A model generated the notes under the pieces. That model was not told the DNA's origin. It worked only from the letters and a program-made list of their open reading frames with translations, and ran no database searches. Shown here in pieces: positions 9,078 to 17,306 of a stretch of 64,000 nt of DNA. The stretch lies in assembly GCA_023249645.1 (NCBI GenBank), contig JAHFCF010000014.1:8734-72733 (forward strand), in the 5' to 3' direction. Within the stretch, counting starts at the first letter, position 1. Each line of letters starts with the position of its first letter. The DNA comes from Elusimicrobiota bacterium. GTDB lineage: Bacteria; Elusimicrobiota; Elusimicrobia; UBA1565; UBA9628. The translations under genes were made by a program, and so were the position numbers.

Positions 9078-10301
9078 TCAGGAGACGATGCGGGGCGAGG
9101 GGATGGGGATGATGAATCTCCCGCCCGCGCGGCGGTAGTCCTTGAGATTGGCGATGATCTCGCCGGCGAAGTTCCAGGCCAGAAGCAGCGCATAATCGGG
9201 CTTTTGGCGCAGGAGTTCAGAGTCTGGCAGAACGGGGATGTGCTCGCCAGGAGTGAAGCGGCCGATCTTCAGGGCGGCCTTCTCCGTCACGAAATCCAGG
9301 ACATCGCGGGTGATCTTGCAGTAATTGAGCAAGGTCATCCCCTTGGCCGGGGCGCTCACGGCCACGATGCTCTTGCCCTGCTGCTTGAGCTTGAAGAGCA
9401 GGCCCTGCAGGTCCTCGCGGTTCTTGCGCACCGCCCCCGCGAATCGTCTCAAGACTTTCTCCGTGTGGAGGCCGAAATCCTTCTCCGCCTTCAGGCACCG
9501 GGCCACCTCGGGGGTGAGCTTGTGCCTCCCGGGGCGGCCGACGAAGACCCGGAAGGAGCCGCCATGGATGGTCTGCTTGTGCACGTCGAAGACCTCCATC
9601 CCGAACCGGCGGAAGAACGAAACGAGGGGCTTGAGCGAAAGATACGAGAGATGCTCGTGATAGATCGTGTCGTACTCCAGATTCTTGACGAGGTCGAGGA
9701 AGTGAGGGGACTCCAGGATGAAGACTCCGTCGTCCGCCAACAGACCGTCGAGACCCTTCATCAGATCATCCAGGTCGTCGATATGGGCGAAACAATTGGA
9801 GGCCGTGGCGACCGAGACCTTCCCATGACTCGCCTTGATCTCTCGCGCCAGATCGGCGCTGAAGAACTCGTTGAGGGTGGGGATCCCGTTCTTCTCAGCG
9901 ATCCTCACGATATTGGCGGCTGGGTCCACGCCAAGGATCCGGGTGCCCTGCGCCTTGAAATTGGCCAGCAGGACGCCGACATTGCTCCCGATGTCCAGGA
10001 CCAAGGACTTCTCGCCCAGGCCGAAGCGCCGCGTCACTTCGGCGGCGAAGCGGGCGAAATGCTCCCGCCCGGTCTGCGTGGTCGAAGCCTCATAGGGATA
10101 ATCATGCCGATAGAGGATCTCGGGCGAGACGACATAGCCCAGCTGGCACTGGCCGCAGGAACGGCACAGATAGAGTTCAAGAGGGTAGTAGTTCCTCGGA
10201 TAGGCGAGCTGCTCCTTGCGCAGGAACTCGTCGGCCGGGGGCATGAAGCCGAGGTCCAGGAACTGAAAAAGGTCTTCTCCCTTGCACAGACGGCAGATCA
10301 T
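9078..10301 (-). CDS. NDP-hexose C-methyltransferase family protein (Zn-ribbon + SAM methyltransferase + C-terminal C-methyltransferase domain; TylCIII-like)
   Basis: The N-terminus has CRLC...CRSCGQCQL, followed by the SAM motif VLDIGSNVGVLL, then HEHLSYLS and the C-terminal AWNFAGEII. I remember this three-part layout from sugar C3-methyltransferases. Confidence 0.65.
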   Translation of the reverse strand: MICRLCKGEDLFQFLDLGFMPPADEFLRKEQLAYPRNYYPLELYLCRSCGQCQLGYVVSPEILYRHDYPYEASTTQTGREHFARFAAEVTRRFGLGEKSLVLDIGSNVGVLLANFKAQGTRILGVDPAANIVRIAEKNGIPTLNEFFSADLAREIKASHGKVSVATASNCFAHIDDLDDLMKGLDGLLADDGVFILESPHFLDLVKNLEYDTIYHEHLSYLSLKPLVSFFRRFGMEVFDVHKQTIHGGSFRVFVGRPGRHKLTPEVARCLKAEKDFGLHTEKVLRRFAGAVRKNREDLQGLLFKLKQQGKSIVAVSAPAKGMTLLNYCKITRDVLDFVTEKAALKIGRFTPGEHIPVLPDSELLRQKPDYALLLAWNFAGEIIANLKDYRRAGGRFIIPIPSPRIVS

Positions 10302-10334
10302 GGGGGTAATATATAATTTTCGCGCCGGCCGCCG

Positions 10335-11030
10335 CTAGGAAAGCATCCGGCCCGTGGATCGGGCCAAATCCACGAAGGCTTGCGCCACCGCCGCGGGGGT
10401 CTTGAGCGTTGCGGGGTCCTCCTGCGGGAACGCCGCGGCCCGCATCGCTGTTCCGGTCGCCCGGGGATTGATCGTATAGACCCGGATGCCGCTCTCACGG
10501 CATTCCTCGGCGAATACCTGGGACATCCCTTCCAGACCGAATTTGCTGGCTGTGTAGGGACCCCAGCCCGAGCGGGCCGCACGCCCTCGTCCAGAGGAGA
10601 CATTGATCACGCAGCCGCTCCGGCGGACGAGCATGGCGGCCTTGAGGACCTCCCGCGTGACGAGAAAGGGCCCCGTGAGATTCACGCGCAGGGTCTCTTC
10701 CCAATCCTGCTCGCGCACGTCCGCAAGGGGGCCGCTAGGGCCCAGAATCCCGGCGTTATTGACGAGGATATCGATGCGTCCGAAACGCTTCAAGCCCTGG
10801 GCGACGAGATCCCGTACCGCCGAGGAAGAGCCCACGTCGCAGGCCAGCGCCAGCACGCGGGCGCCCGCCTGGCCGCACTCTTGGGCAACCTCGTCGAGTT
10901 CGCCCTGGGTTCGACTGCACAAGATGAGATCCGCCCCCTCCTTGGCGTAGGCGAGCGCCACCGCGCGCCCGATGCCTCGGCCCGCGCCGGTGATCAGGGC
11001 GGTCTGGCCGGCCAGCGATTTCGCAGCCAT
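10335..11030 (-). CDS. Classical short-chain dehydrogenase/reductase
   Basis: It has TGAGRGIGRA, NNAG, and S...YTASK. The ATG at 11030 (residue 167 of the track ORF) is preceded by the SD-like GAGGGGGG. The longer track ORF would overlap asnB. Confidence 0.8.
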   Translation of the reverse strand: MAAKSLAGQTALITGAGRGIGRAVALAYAKEGADLILCSRTQGELDEVAQECGQAGARVLALACDVGSSSAVRDLVAQGLKRFGRIDILVNNAGILGPSGPLADVREQDWEETLRVNLTGPFLVTREVLKAAMLVRRSGCVINVSSGRGRAARSGWGPYTASKFGLEGMSQVFAEECRESGIRVYTINPRATGTAMRAAAFPQEDPATLKTPAAVAQAFVDLARSTGRMLS

Positions 11031-11049
11031 GGATCCCCCCTCTTTTTTC

Positions 11050-12936
11050 CTAGCAGTTCTCATGCCACAGCTCCAGCATGAGAAGCGCCCAGAGACGGTA
11101 GCCATGGTCCCGACCGCCGCTCTGATGCTCCGCCCAGATCTGACGAAGAGCCGCGGGCTCGAAATAATCGCGCGCCAGGGCTTTCGAGGATAAGACGTGC
11201 TCCTCCCAATAGACCTTGAGCGGCCCGCGGAACCACGTTCCCAGCGGGATGCCGAAGCCCATCTTTCCCCGGTTGAAGATGCGGGGAGGGAGCTTGTCGC
11301 GGAAGGCCTCCTTGAGCAGCCATTTATGGCCGCGCAGGCCCTTGAGCTTCCAGTCGCCGGGCATGCGAAAGACCATTTCGACGAATTCGTGGTCGAGGAA
11401 GGGCGAGCGCCCCTCCAGGGAATTGGCCATGGCCGCGATGTCCATCTTGGCCATGAGGCATTCCGGCAGATAGGTCTTGAAGTCCACATAGAGAAGGCGG
11501 TTGACGAAGTCCTCCTGCGGGCAGGCATCGAAGGCTTGGGCCAGATATCCCTGCGCCGAGCCCTTCCCCTCGCCGAGCCGCGCGAGGAAGCGCTGGGTGT
11601 AGAGACCCTCCTTGTCCTCTTCCGAAAAGTAGCCGACCATCTTGAGATGGCGCTTGGGCAGGTCCGTGAAGAGGGCGGAGCGCAAGAAGCGCTTCAATCG
11701 CCAGTTGAAGCTGTACGGCGCGCGCCACTCCGGCAGGAACTCGGCCGCTGATTGCAGGGCCGCGCGGCCAGGGCCGGGCAGGGCGTCGAAGTAACGCGCC
11801 AGCTTCATGGCGAAATACCGGATGTAGCCGGCGAAATTCTCGTCGCCCCCGTCGCCGTTCAAGGCCACGGTCACGAAGCGCCGCGTCTCGCGCGCCACGT
11901 AGTAGGAGGGCAGAGCCGAAGCGTCGGCGTAGGGCTCGCCGTAGTGCCACGCCAGCTTGGGGAGCACGTCGGCCATCTCGGGCTTGACCACGAATTCCGT
12001 GTGGTCGCAGCCGTAGCGCCGCGCCACTTCCTGGGCGAAATGCAGTTCCGAGAACTCGGCCTCCTCGAAGCCGATGGAGAAGGTCTTGACCGGGCGCTCG
12101 GACATCTCGCTCATCAAGGCCACGATGATGGAGGAGTCGATGCCTCCGGAGAGGAAGGCGCCCAAGGGCACGTCGGAGATCAGGCGCAGGCGCACGGCTT
12201 CGCGCAGCTTGGAGGCGACCATCTCCTTGGCGGTCTCGAAATCAGCCGTGAGCGGCGCCTGTCCCAGAGGAAGGTCCCAATAGCGTTCGATGACCGCGCG
12301 GCCCTTGTGATAGGTCAGGGTGTGCCCGGGCTCGAGCTTCTTGACCTGGCGATAGATGGTCTTGGGAGAAGGGATGTATTGGAGGGACAGATAGAGGTCG
12401 ATGGCCTCCGGGTCGATGTCGCGGGAGATCCCCGGCCAGACGAACAGCGAGCGCAGCTCCGAAGCGAAGGCCAGACAGCCCGCCTGCTCCGTGTAGACCA
12501 AGGGCTTCTTGCCGATGCGGTCGCGGGCCAGGAAGAGGCGCTCTTCGGCCTTGTCCCAGATGGCGATGGCGAACATGCCGCGCAGACGGCGCACGCAGCC
12601 GGCCCCCATCCTTTCATACAGGGCCAGGATCACTTCGGTATCGGTCTTGGTGCGGAACTGAACGCCTGCGGCGCTGAGTTCTGCCCGCAACTCAAGGAAA
12701 TTGTAGATCTCGCCGTTGAAGACGATGGTGTAGCGGCCGTCCGGCGAGGAGATGGGCTGGTGGCCGGTGGAGAGATCGATGATGGCCAGCCGACGCATGG
12801 CCAGGCCCGCCGGGCCGTCCGTGAAGAAGCCCTCGTCATCCGGGCCGCGGTGGGTGAGGAGGTCGTTGGCTTTTTTGAGCAGCGCCCGGTCCGGCGTTCC
12901 CCCATCTTTATAAACGATGCCGCAGATGCCGCACAT
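11050..12936 (-). CDS. asnB: Asparagine synthase (glutamine-hydrolysing), AsnB/WbpS-type amidotransferase
   Basis: The N-terminus is MCGICGIV (a class-II GATase needs Cys2, so the start is ATG 12936, not the track GTG 12942). It also has the SGGIDSS PP-loop, and the whole 628 aa is AsnB-like. Confidence 0.85.
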   Translation of the reverse strand: MCGICGIVYKDGGTPDRALLKKANDLLTHRGPDDEGFFTDGPAGLAMRRLAIIDLSTGHQPISSPDGRYTIVFNGEIYNFLELRAELSAAGVQFRTKTDTEVILALYERMGAGCVRRLRGMFAIAIWDKAEERLFLARDRIGKKPLVYTEQAGCLAFASELRSLFVWPGISRDIDPEAIDLYLSLQYIPSPKTIYRQVKKLEPGHTLTYHKGRAVIERYWDLPLGQAPLTADFETAKEMVASKLREAVRLRLISDVPLGAFLSGGIDSSIIVALMSEMSERPVKTFSIGFEEAEFSELHFAQEVARRYGCDHTEFVVKPEMADVLPKLAWHYGEPYADASALPSYYVARETRRFVTVALNGDGGDENFAGYIRYFAMKLARYFDALPGPGRAALQSAAEFLPEWRAPYSFNWRLKRFLRSALFTDLPKRHLKMVGYFSEEDKEGLYTQRFLARLGEGKGSAQGYLAQAFDACPQEDFVNRLLYVDFKTYLPECLMAKMDIAAMANSLEGRSPFLDHEFVEMVFRMPGDWKLKGLRGHKWLLKEAFRDKLPPRIFNRGKMGFGIPLGTWFRGPLKVYWEEHVLSSKALARDYFEPAALRQIWAEHQSGGRDHGYRLWALLMLELWHENC

Positions 12937-12942
12937 GGGCAC

Positions 12943-12972
12943 ATCATACGAAGAATCTGCAAGGACCTACAA
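12943..12972 (-). promoter_or_regulatory. Candidate sigma70-type promoter of the asnB operon
   Basis: On the minus strand there is a -35 TTGTAG (12972..12967), an 18-nt spacer and a -10 TATGAT (12948..12943). The ATG at 12936 lies 7 nt after the -10, so the transcript may be leaderless. Confidence 0.3.
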
Positions 12973-13021
12973 TCTCCTAGGCCCAATGCCACCGGCATTC
13001 TGGGACTAAAGACCCAGAGGG

Positions 13022-14935
13022 TTGGAAACGCCAGTTATTATAATATCGAGAGTGCTATCATTCATTCTTTTACTGCATCTCCTGGCTGCCAATCCCCTGG
13101 CTGCGGCGCCGGCCACGGACATGCCTCCGGCCTTCCAAGCCGTTCTCAAGAATCATTCCCTCAACGCCGACCAGCTCAAGACTCTCGGCTTCGTGATCCA
13201 GAACAAACGCTGCCTGCGGCTGGACACATCGGGCCAGCCCATGGAACCTGCTTTGAGCCCGTCACAGCTCGATGCTCTGCTCACCGCTTTCTTCCCCCGC
13301 AAGAAGATCCAAAAAAATACAGCAATCCCCGATCTTAAACTCTCTTCCAACGCAGCCCCAGAGCTCTCCACGCTTTATGACGGCCGAAAGAAGACAGCTG
13401 CTTCAACGCCGGTCCGTGTCAGCCCCGCGTCCGGCCGCAACCCCTCCCTGCTGGCCCTGCCGACCGCAGCGTCCAGGACTCCTTGGCGGGAGCCTGTCTT
13501 CGATCCCTCCTGGCGACCCATCGCCAAGGCCCTTTGGAGCCGCCGATATTCCGCCAGAGGCCTCAAGGCGCTCAGCCGCCGATTCTCTATCGATGAAAAC
13601 GCTCCCACCGGCCTCTCGGCAGACTCTCCCGAAGCCTTGCGCCTGCTCACCCTGGCCCTGCACGAGAATAAGGGGCACCCCAAGGCCCTAACGGAGGAAC
13701 TGCGTTGGCAGCTCGTCCGCATCGCCGACCTCAAAGACGAGCAGAAACTGCTCCTGGCCCAAAAGATCATCAGCCCCCGGACCGTCTATGTGATGCTCAG
13801 CCGCAAATTCGCCTCGCACAGCATGGAATCAAGACTCTTGTTTTGGCATATGCAGGCGCTGCTGCACGACTCCGGCCGGACGATCACGGATTTCATCGCT
13901 GAGGAAGACCCAAAAAACCATTTTGCCCAGGTCTTTCTTCTGCGCGCCCAGGCCTACGATGTCCTGATCCCGTACCTGCGGGAGAACCCCGCAGAGGCCG
14001 CGACCGTCGTGCCCCTCCTCTTCCCCGCCCAACGCCCCCAAGACATCCGCCGCTATGCCTCCCAGCTCGAAGGCCTCATGCCCCAGCTCTCACCCCAAAG
14101 ACGCGACTCCCGGGCCCTTGAGAATTTCATCCAAGCGCTGGAAAAAGAAGCGACGGAGAACCCCGGGGCCGCGGCGCGGCGCATCGCTCTCTTTCTCAAG
14201 GTCAACGAGTCCCTCCTGCCGGCCAAGGATAAGCCGCGGATCGACAGCCTCGCGCAATCCCTTCCCCCCGATCTTCTGCGGCAGATCGGCGGGTCCCCCC
14301 AAGCACCCTATGACTCCTGGCCCAAGGACCGCTGGACCTTCTCCTTTCATTTCGCCAGCACGGACAACTACAAATCTTGGCTCTCGACCTTCCAAGCCCG
14401 CGGCTATGAGCTCACACCCCCGTCCATCAACAAGGCCCTGGCTGTGGCCAAGAACTTCGACGGCCTCAAGGTTACGCTGGCGGCTACGCTCTACCCCGGA
14501 GATAAGGAAGGTTTTCTGCGCGGCTCAGAAAAGAATCGGTTCCTTGCGGCGGTTTCGCGCGACCTGAGAGATCCCCAGGTTCAGGGGGTCATCCTGCGCA
14601 ACCACGCCCAGTTCCCGCTCGTGAATCTGGTCAAAAAAGGCATCACCCCCGGTAAATTCGTCATGGACGGCAGCTGCCGCAGCGCCTGGGACCTGCAGCG
14701 CCTGCGGCGCCTGTGCCCGTCGTGCAGCTTCATCCTCAACACCGGGACCGGCTACGCGCAGACCAACACCAAGACCTTCATCCCTCTCGTCGAAGGCCTG
14801 GCGCGGCACGCAACCTGGGAAGAGATCGGCCGTTCCCTGCCCAAAAGCTCGACGCGCATCCAGGGCCCGTGGACCCCGTCTTTCACGGGAGCTTTGCGGG
14901 CGCTGGAAGAGAACGAGAAAGACTCGCCCCCATAA
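13022..14935 (+). CDS. Hypothetical secreted protein (637 aa), no family recognised
   Basis: The ORF is long and unbroken with coding-like composition and the N-terminal signal-like segment RVLSFILLLHLLAANPLAAAPA. The track start is TTG and is uncertain. Confidence 0.6.
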   Translation: METPVIIISRVLSFILLLHLLAANPLAAAPATDMPPAFQAVLKNHSLNADQLKTLGFVIQNKRCLRLDTSGQPMEPALSPSQLDALLTAFFPRKKIQKNTAIPDLKLSSNAAPELSTLYDGRKKTAASTPVRVSPASGRNPSLLALPTAASRTPWREPVFDPSWRPIAKALWSRRYSARGLKALSRRFSIDENAPTGLSADSPEALRLLTLALHENKGHPKALTEELRWQLVRIADLKDEQKLLLAQKIISPRTVYVMLSRKFASHSMESRLLFWHMQALLHDSGRTITDFIAEEDPKNHFAQVFLLRAQAYDVLIPYLRENPAEAATVVPLLFPAQRPQDIRRYASQLEGLMPQLSPQRRDSRALENFIQALEKEATENPGAAARRIALFLKVNESLLPAKDKPRIDSLAQSLPPDLLRQIGGSPQAPYDSWPKDRWTFSFHFASTDNYKSWLSTFQARGYELTPPSINKALAVAKNFDGLKVTLAATLYPGDKEGFLRGSEKNRFLAAVSRDLRDPQVQGVILRNHAQFPLVNLVKKGITPGKFVMDGSCRSAWDLQRLRRLCPSCSFILNTGTGYAQTNTKTFIPLVEGLARHATWEEIGRSLPKSSTRIQGPWTPSFTGALRALEENEKDSPP

Positions 14936-14947
14936 GCTGCTTTGTTA

Positions 14948-15000
14948 AATTTTGCGTCTAAGCAAAATTAGACATGTAAATATTTGCTTTGAGGCAAATA
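14948..15000. promoter_or_regulatory. Two operator-like palindromes, TTTGC-N6-GCAAA type
   Basis: The first is aattttgc-gtctaa-gcaaaatt (14948-14969). The second is tatttgc-tttgag-gcaaata (14981-15000). Their centres are 32 bp apart, in the AT-rich gap just upstream of the AAA+ gene ATG at 15019. Confidence 0.4.
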
Positions 15001-15018
15001 ATTACATATCATGTCCCT

Positions 15019-16191
15019 ATGCTTAAACAACGCTACTTGACCGCCCCGATCGTGGAGGACCTCGCCCAAAAGATGGTGTTCATCGGCGGTCCTCGCCAAG
15101 TTGGGAAAACGACCATGGCCAAGACCCTGATAGCGGCGCACTTCAAGGAATCCGCCTGCTTCAACTGGGACAAGAAGCAGGAACGCCGCCAAATCATGGC
15201 TGGACAATGGCCGGGAAACGCCGAGCTGATCATCCTGGATGAACTGCATAAATTCAAGGGGTGGAAAAGATTCATCAAGGGCGAATACGACACGCTCAAA
15301 GACAAGTACAAGTTCATCGTCACAGGAAGCTCTCGTCTGGACATTTATCGCAAGGGCGGCGACTCCCTCCAAGGCCGATATCATTATTACCGCCTGCATC
15401 CATTCTCCATCGCGGAAATGACGCATGCGGACAACCGGATAGAGCCGTTCAAGGAACTTCCCGTCGGGCCGACGCACAACGGCGCTGAGCTCGACCTTTT
15501 GGAGAAATTCGGCGGCTTTCCGGAGCCACTGTTCTCGCAGGACGAGCGCACGCTGCGCCGCTGGCACAACGAGCGCAACGAACGGCTTTTCCGCGAGGAC
15601 ATCCGCGATATCGAAGTGATCCGGGATTTAAGCGGCATGAAACTTTTAAGCGATATGCTGTCCACGAAAGTCGGATCGCTTCTTTCCATCAACAGCATCA
15701 GGGAAGACATGGCGGTCAGCCACCGGGCCGCTTCCCGCTGGCTCGATATCCTGGAGACGTTCTATTATCATTTCCGGATACATCCTTACGCGCGAACGCC
15801 GTTTCGCGCGCTGAAGAAGGAGCCCAAGCTCTACCTTTGGGACTGGTCGGAGGTGGCCGACGAGCCGGCGCGCTTCGAGAACCTCGTCGCCTCTCACCTT
15901 CTCAAGCTCGTGCATTGGCTGCATGACCGCGAGGGCCACAAGGCCGGGCTCTACTTCCTGCGCGACTCGGCGAAGAATGAAGTGGATTTTCTGGTCACTG
16001 TGGACGAGAAGCCCTGGTTCGCCGTAGAGGCCAAAATGCAAGACGAGGAAGTGTCGCCCACCCTGAGGTCTTTCCAGGAACGAATCAAAATCCCCTTCGC
16101 TTATCAGGTCCTGAGGAAAAAGGGCATTGATAAATCCGTGCGCGGTGTCCGGGTCATCTCGGCCGACAAGTTGCTCGGGGCGCTGGTCTAA
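15019..16191 (+). CDS. AAA+ ATPase with a C-terminal PD-(D/E)xK-like domain (AAA_14 + DUF4143 architecture)
   Basis: It has the Walker A GGPRQVGKTT, the Walker B LIILDELH, and a C-terminal EVDFLVTVDEKPWFAVEAKMQ segment (a D...ExK nuclease-like motif). I set the start at MLKQRY. Confidence 0.7.
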   Translation: MLKQRYLTAPIVEDLAQKMVFIGGPRQVGKTTMAKTLIAAHFKESACFNWDKKQERRQIMAGQWPGNAELIILDELHKFKGWKRFIKGEYDTLKDKYKFIVTGSSRLDIYRKGGDSLQGRYHYYRLHPFSIAEMTHADNRIEPFKELPVGPTHNGAELDLLEKFGGFPEPLFSQDERTLRRWHNERNERLFREDIRDIEVIRDLSGMKLLSDMLSTKVGSLLSINSIREDMAVSHRAASRWLDILETFYYHFRIHPYARTPFRALKKEPKLYLWDWSEVADEPARFENLVASHLLKLVHWLHDREGHKAGLYFLRDSAKNEVDFLVTVDEKPWFAVEAKMQDEEVSPTLRSFQERIKIPFAYQVLRKKGIDKSVRGVRVISADKLLGALV

Positions 16192-17306
16192 AGTCTGTAG
16201 AGTTTTTCATAGCTCTGCGCCACAAGTTCCAAGGAATACGTCTGGACCACCCTGTCTCGTGCGGCCATGCCCATGCGTTCAGCCAAGCCAGGCTCTAAAA
16301 CAAATCGCTCCAGATTCTTCTCCAAAGCTCTTCCATCTTGAGGATCGAACAGGAGGCCTGTTGTTCCCTCTTCGACAGCCTCGGCCGTGCCGCCGACTCG
16401 GCTGCCCAGGACAGGCAAGCCTGAAGCCATAGCCTCAAGAAGAGCGTTGGACAAACCCTCGGAAATTGACGGAAGGATGAACACGTCCGCTGCCGCGTAG
16501 GCCTGCTGGATATCCTCCATCGGTGGCAGAATAAGAATCCGCGAGCTCGACAAAGCTCTGAGCTTGGATTCTTCCGGCCCCTGACCCACAAGCGCCACGA
16601 AACTGGAACCGTTTTTCGACTGAGACCAGATCCTCAAAAACCAATCCAACCGCTTTTCTGGAGAAAATCTCCCTACATAAAGGAAGGCCAGGCCCTCGGG
16701 CCAGCCCAGTTTTTGGCGCAGAGCCTTCTTCTCCTCAGAGGAAACAGGATGATAGCGGGCCGTGTCCACGCCGTTGGGCTGCACGACCACCGGCACGGTT
16801 CCTAGGACCTGCGCGCACTCCTGGGCCACATCATGAGTCACGGCCACGAATTGAGGCTTCAGCCAGAACAAAATGCTCAATTTCAATCGTCCGCTGAAAG
16901 AATTTCTGGACGCGGCCAACTCGCCGATGCCCCGGCCTCCGCCAAGCTTGAGGAGCACGCGCTTGCCCAACAACCGGCCGACCAGAACCGCGGGCAAGGC
17001 AGGCGACCCCGCGAGATGGACATGCACGACCGAGTACTGCGCTGATCTTCTCAACAACCACAGACCCAGCGACAGCATGAAGGTCAGCGCATTGATGAAT
17101 CCCGTGCCCGCGCACCAAAGCCTCTCCACGGGCACGCCGCGGACTTCGTCTCGTGCCGGAAGCCCGCCGACTCTCCTGGTGAACACGCGCACGGCGACTC
17201 CTCGACGCTTCAGGGCCACGGAAAGCTCCAGGGCCTGCTTCTCGGCCCCTCCCACGTAGGGATGGAAGTTCGCGCTGACCATGATCACGGAAAGTGGATA
17301 GCTCAT
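16188..17306 (-). CDS. GT4 (GT-B fold) glycosyltransferase
   Basis: It has the N-terminal GGAEKQALELSVAL segment and the C-terminal ILPSISEGLSNALLEAMASGLPVL (the EX7E motif). Confidence 0.8.
   Translation of the reverse strand: MSYPLSVIMVSANFHPYVGGAEKQALELSVALKRRGVAVRVFTRRVGGLPARDEVRGVPVERLWCAGTGFINALTFMLSLGLWLLRRSAQYSVVHVHLAGSPALPAVLVGRLLGKRVLLKLGGGRGIGELAASRNSFSGRLKLSILFWLKPQFVAVTHDVAQECAQVLGTVPVVVQPNGVDTARYHPVSSEEKKALRQKLGWPEGLAFLYVGRFSPEKRLDWFLRIWSQSKNGSSFVALVGQGPEESKLRALSSSRILILPPMEDIQQAYAAADVFILPSISEGLSNALLEAMASGLPVLGSRVGGTAEAVEEGTTGLLFDPQDGRALEKNLERFVLEPGLAERMGMAARDRVVQTYSLELVAQSYEKLYRL

Noticed and set aside
8748-10316. A 522-aa plus-strand ORF antisense to the cupin and C-methyltransferase genes.
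   Set aside because: Its composition is low-complexity Gly/Arg/Asp/Leu with no motifs, and the opposite strand carries clear methyltransferase signatures.
11752-13338. A 528-aa plus-strand ORF antisense to asnB that extends into the next gene.
   Set aside because: It is an antisense artefact. asnB is unambiguous (MCGI, SGGIDSS), and the ORF also overlaps the real start of the 13022 gene in another frame.
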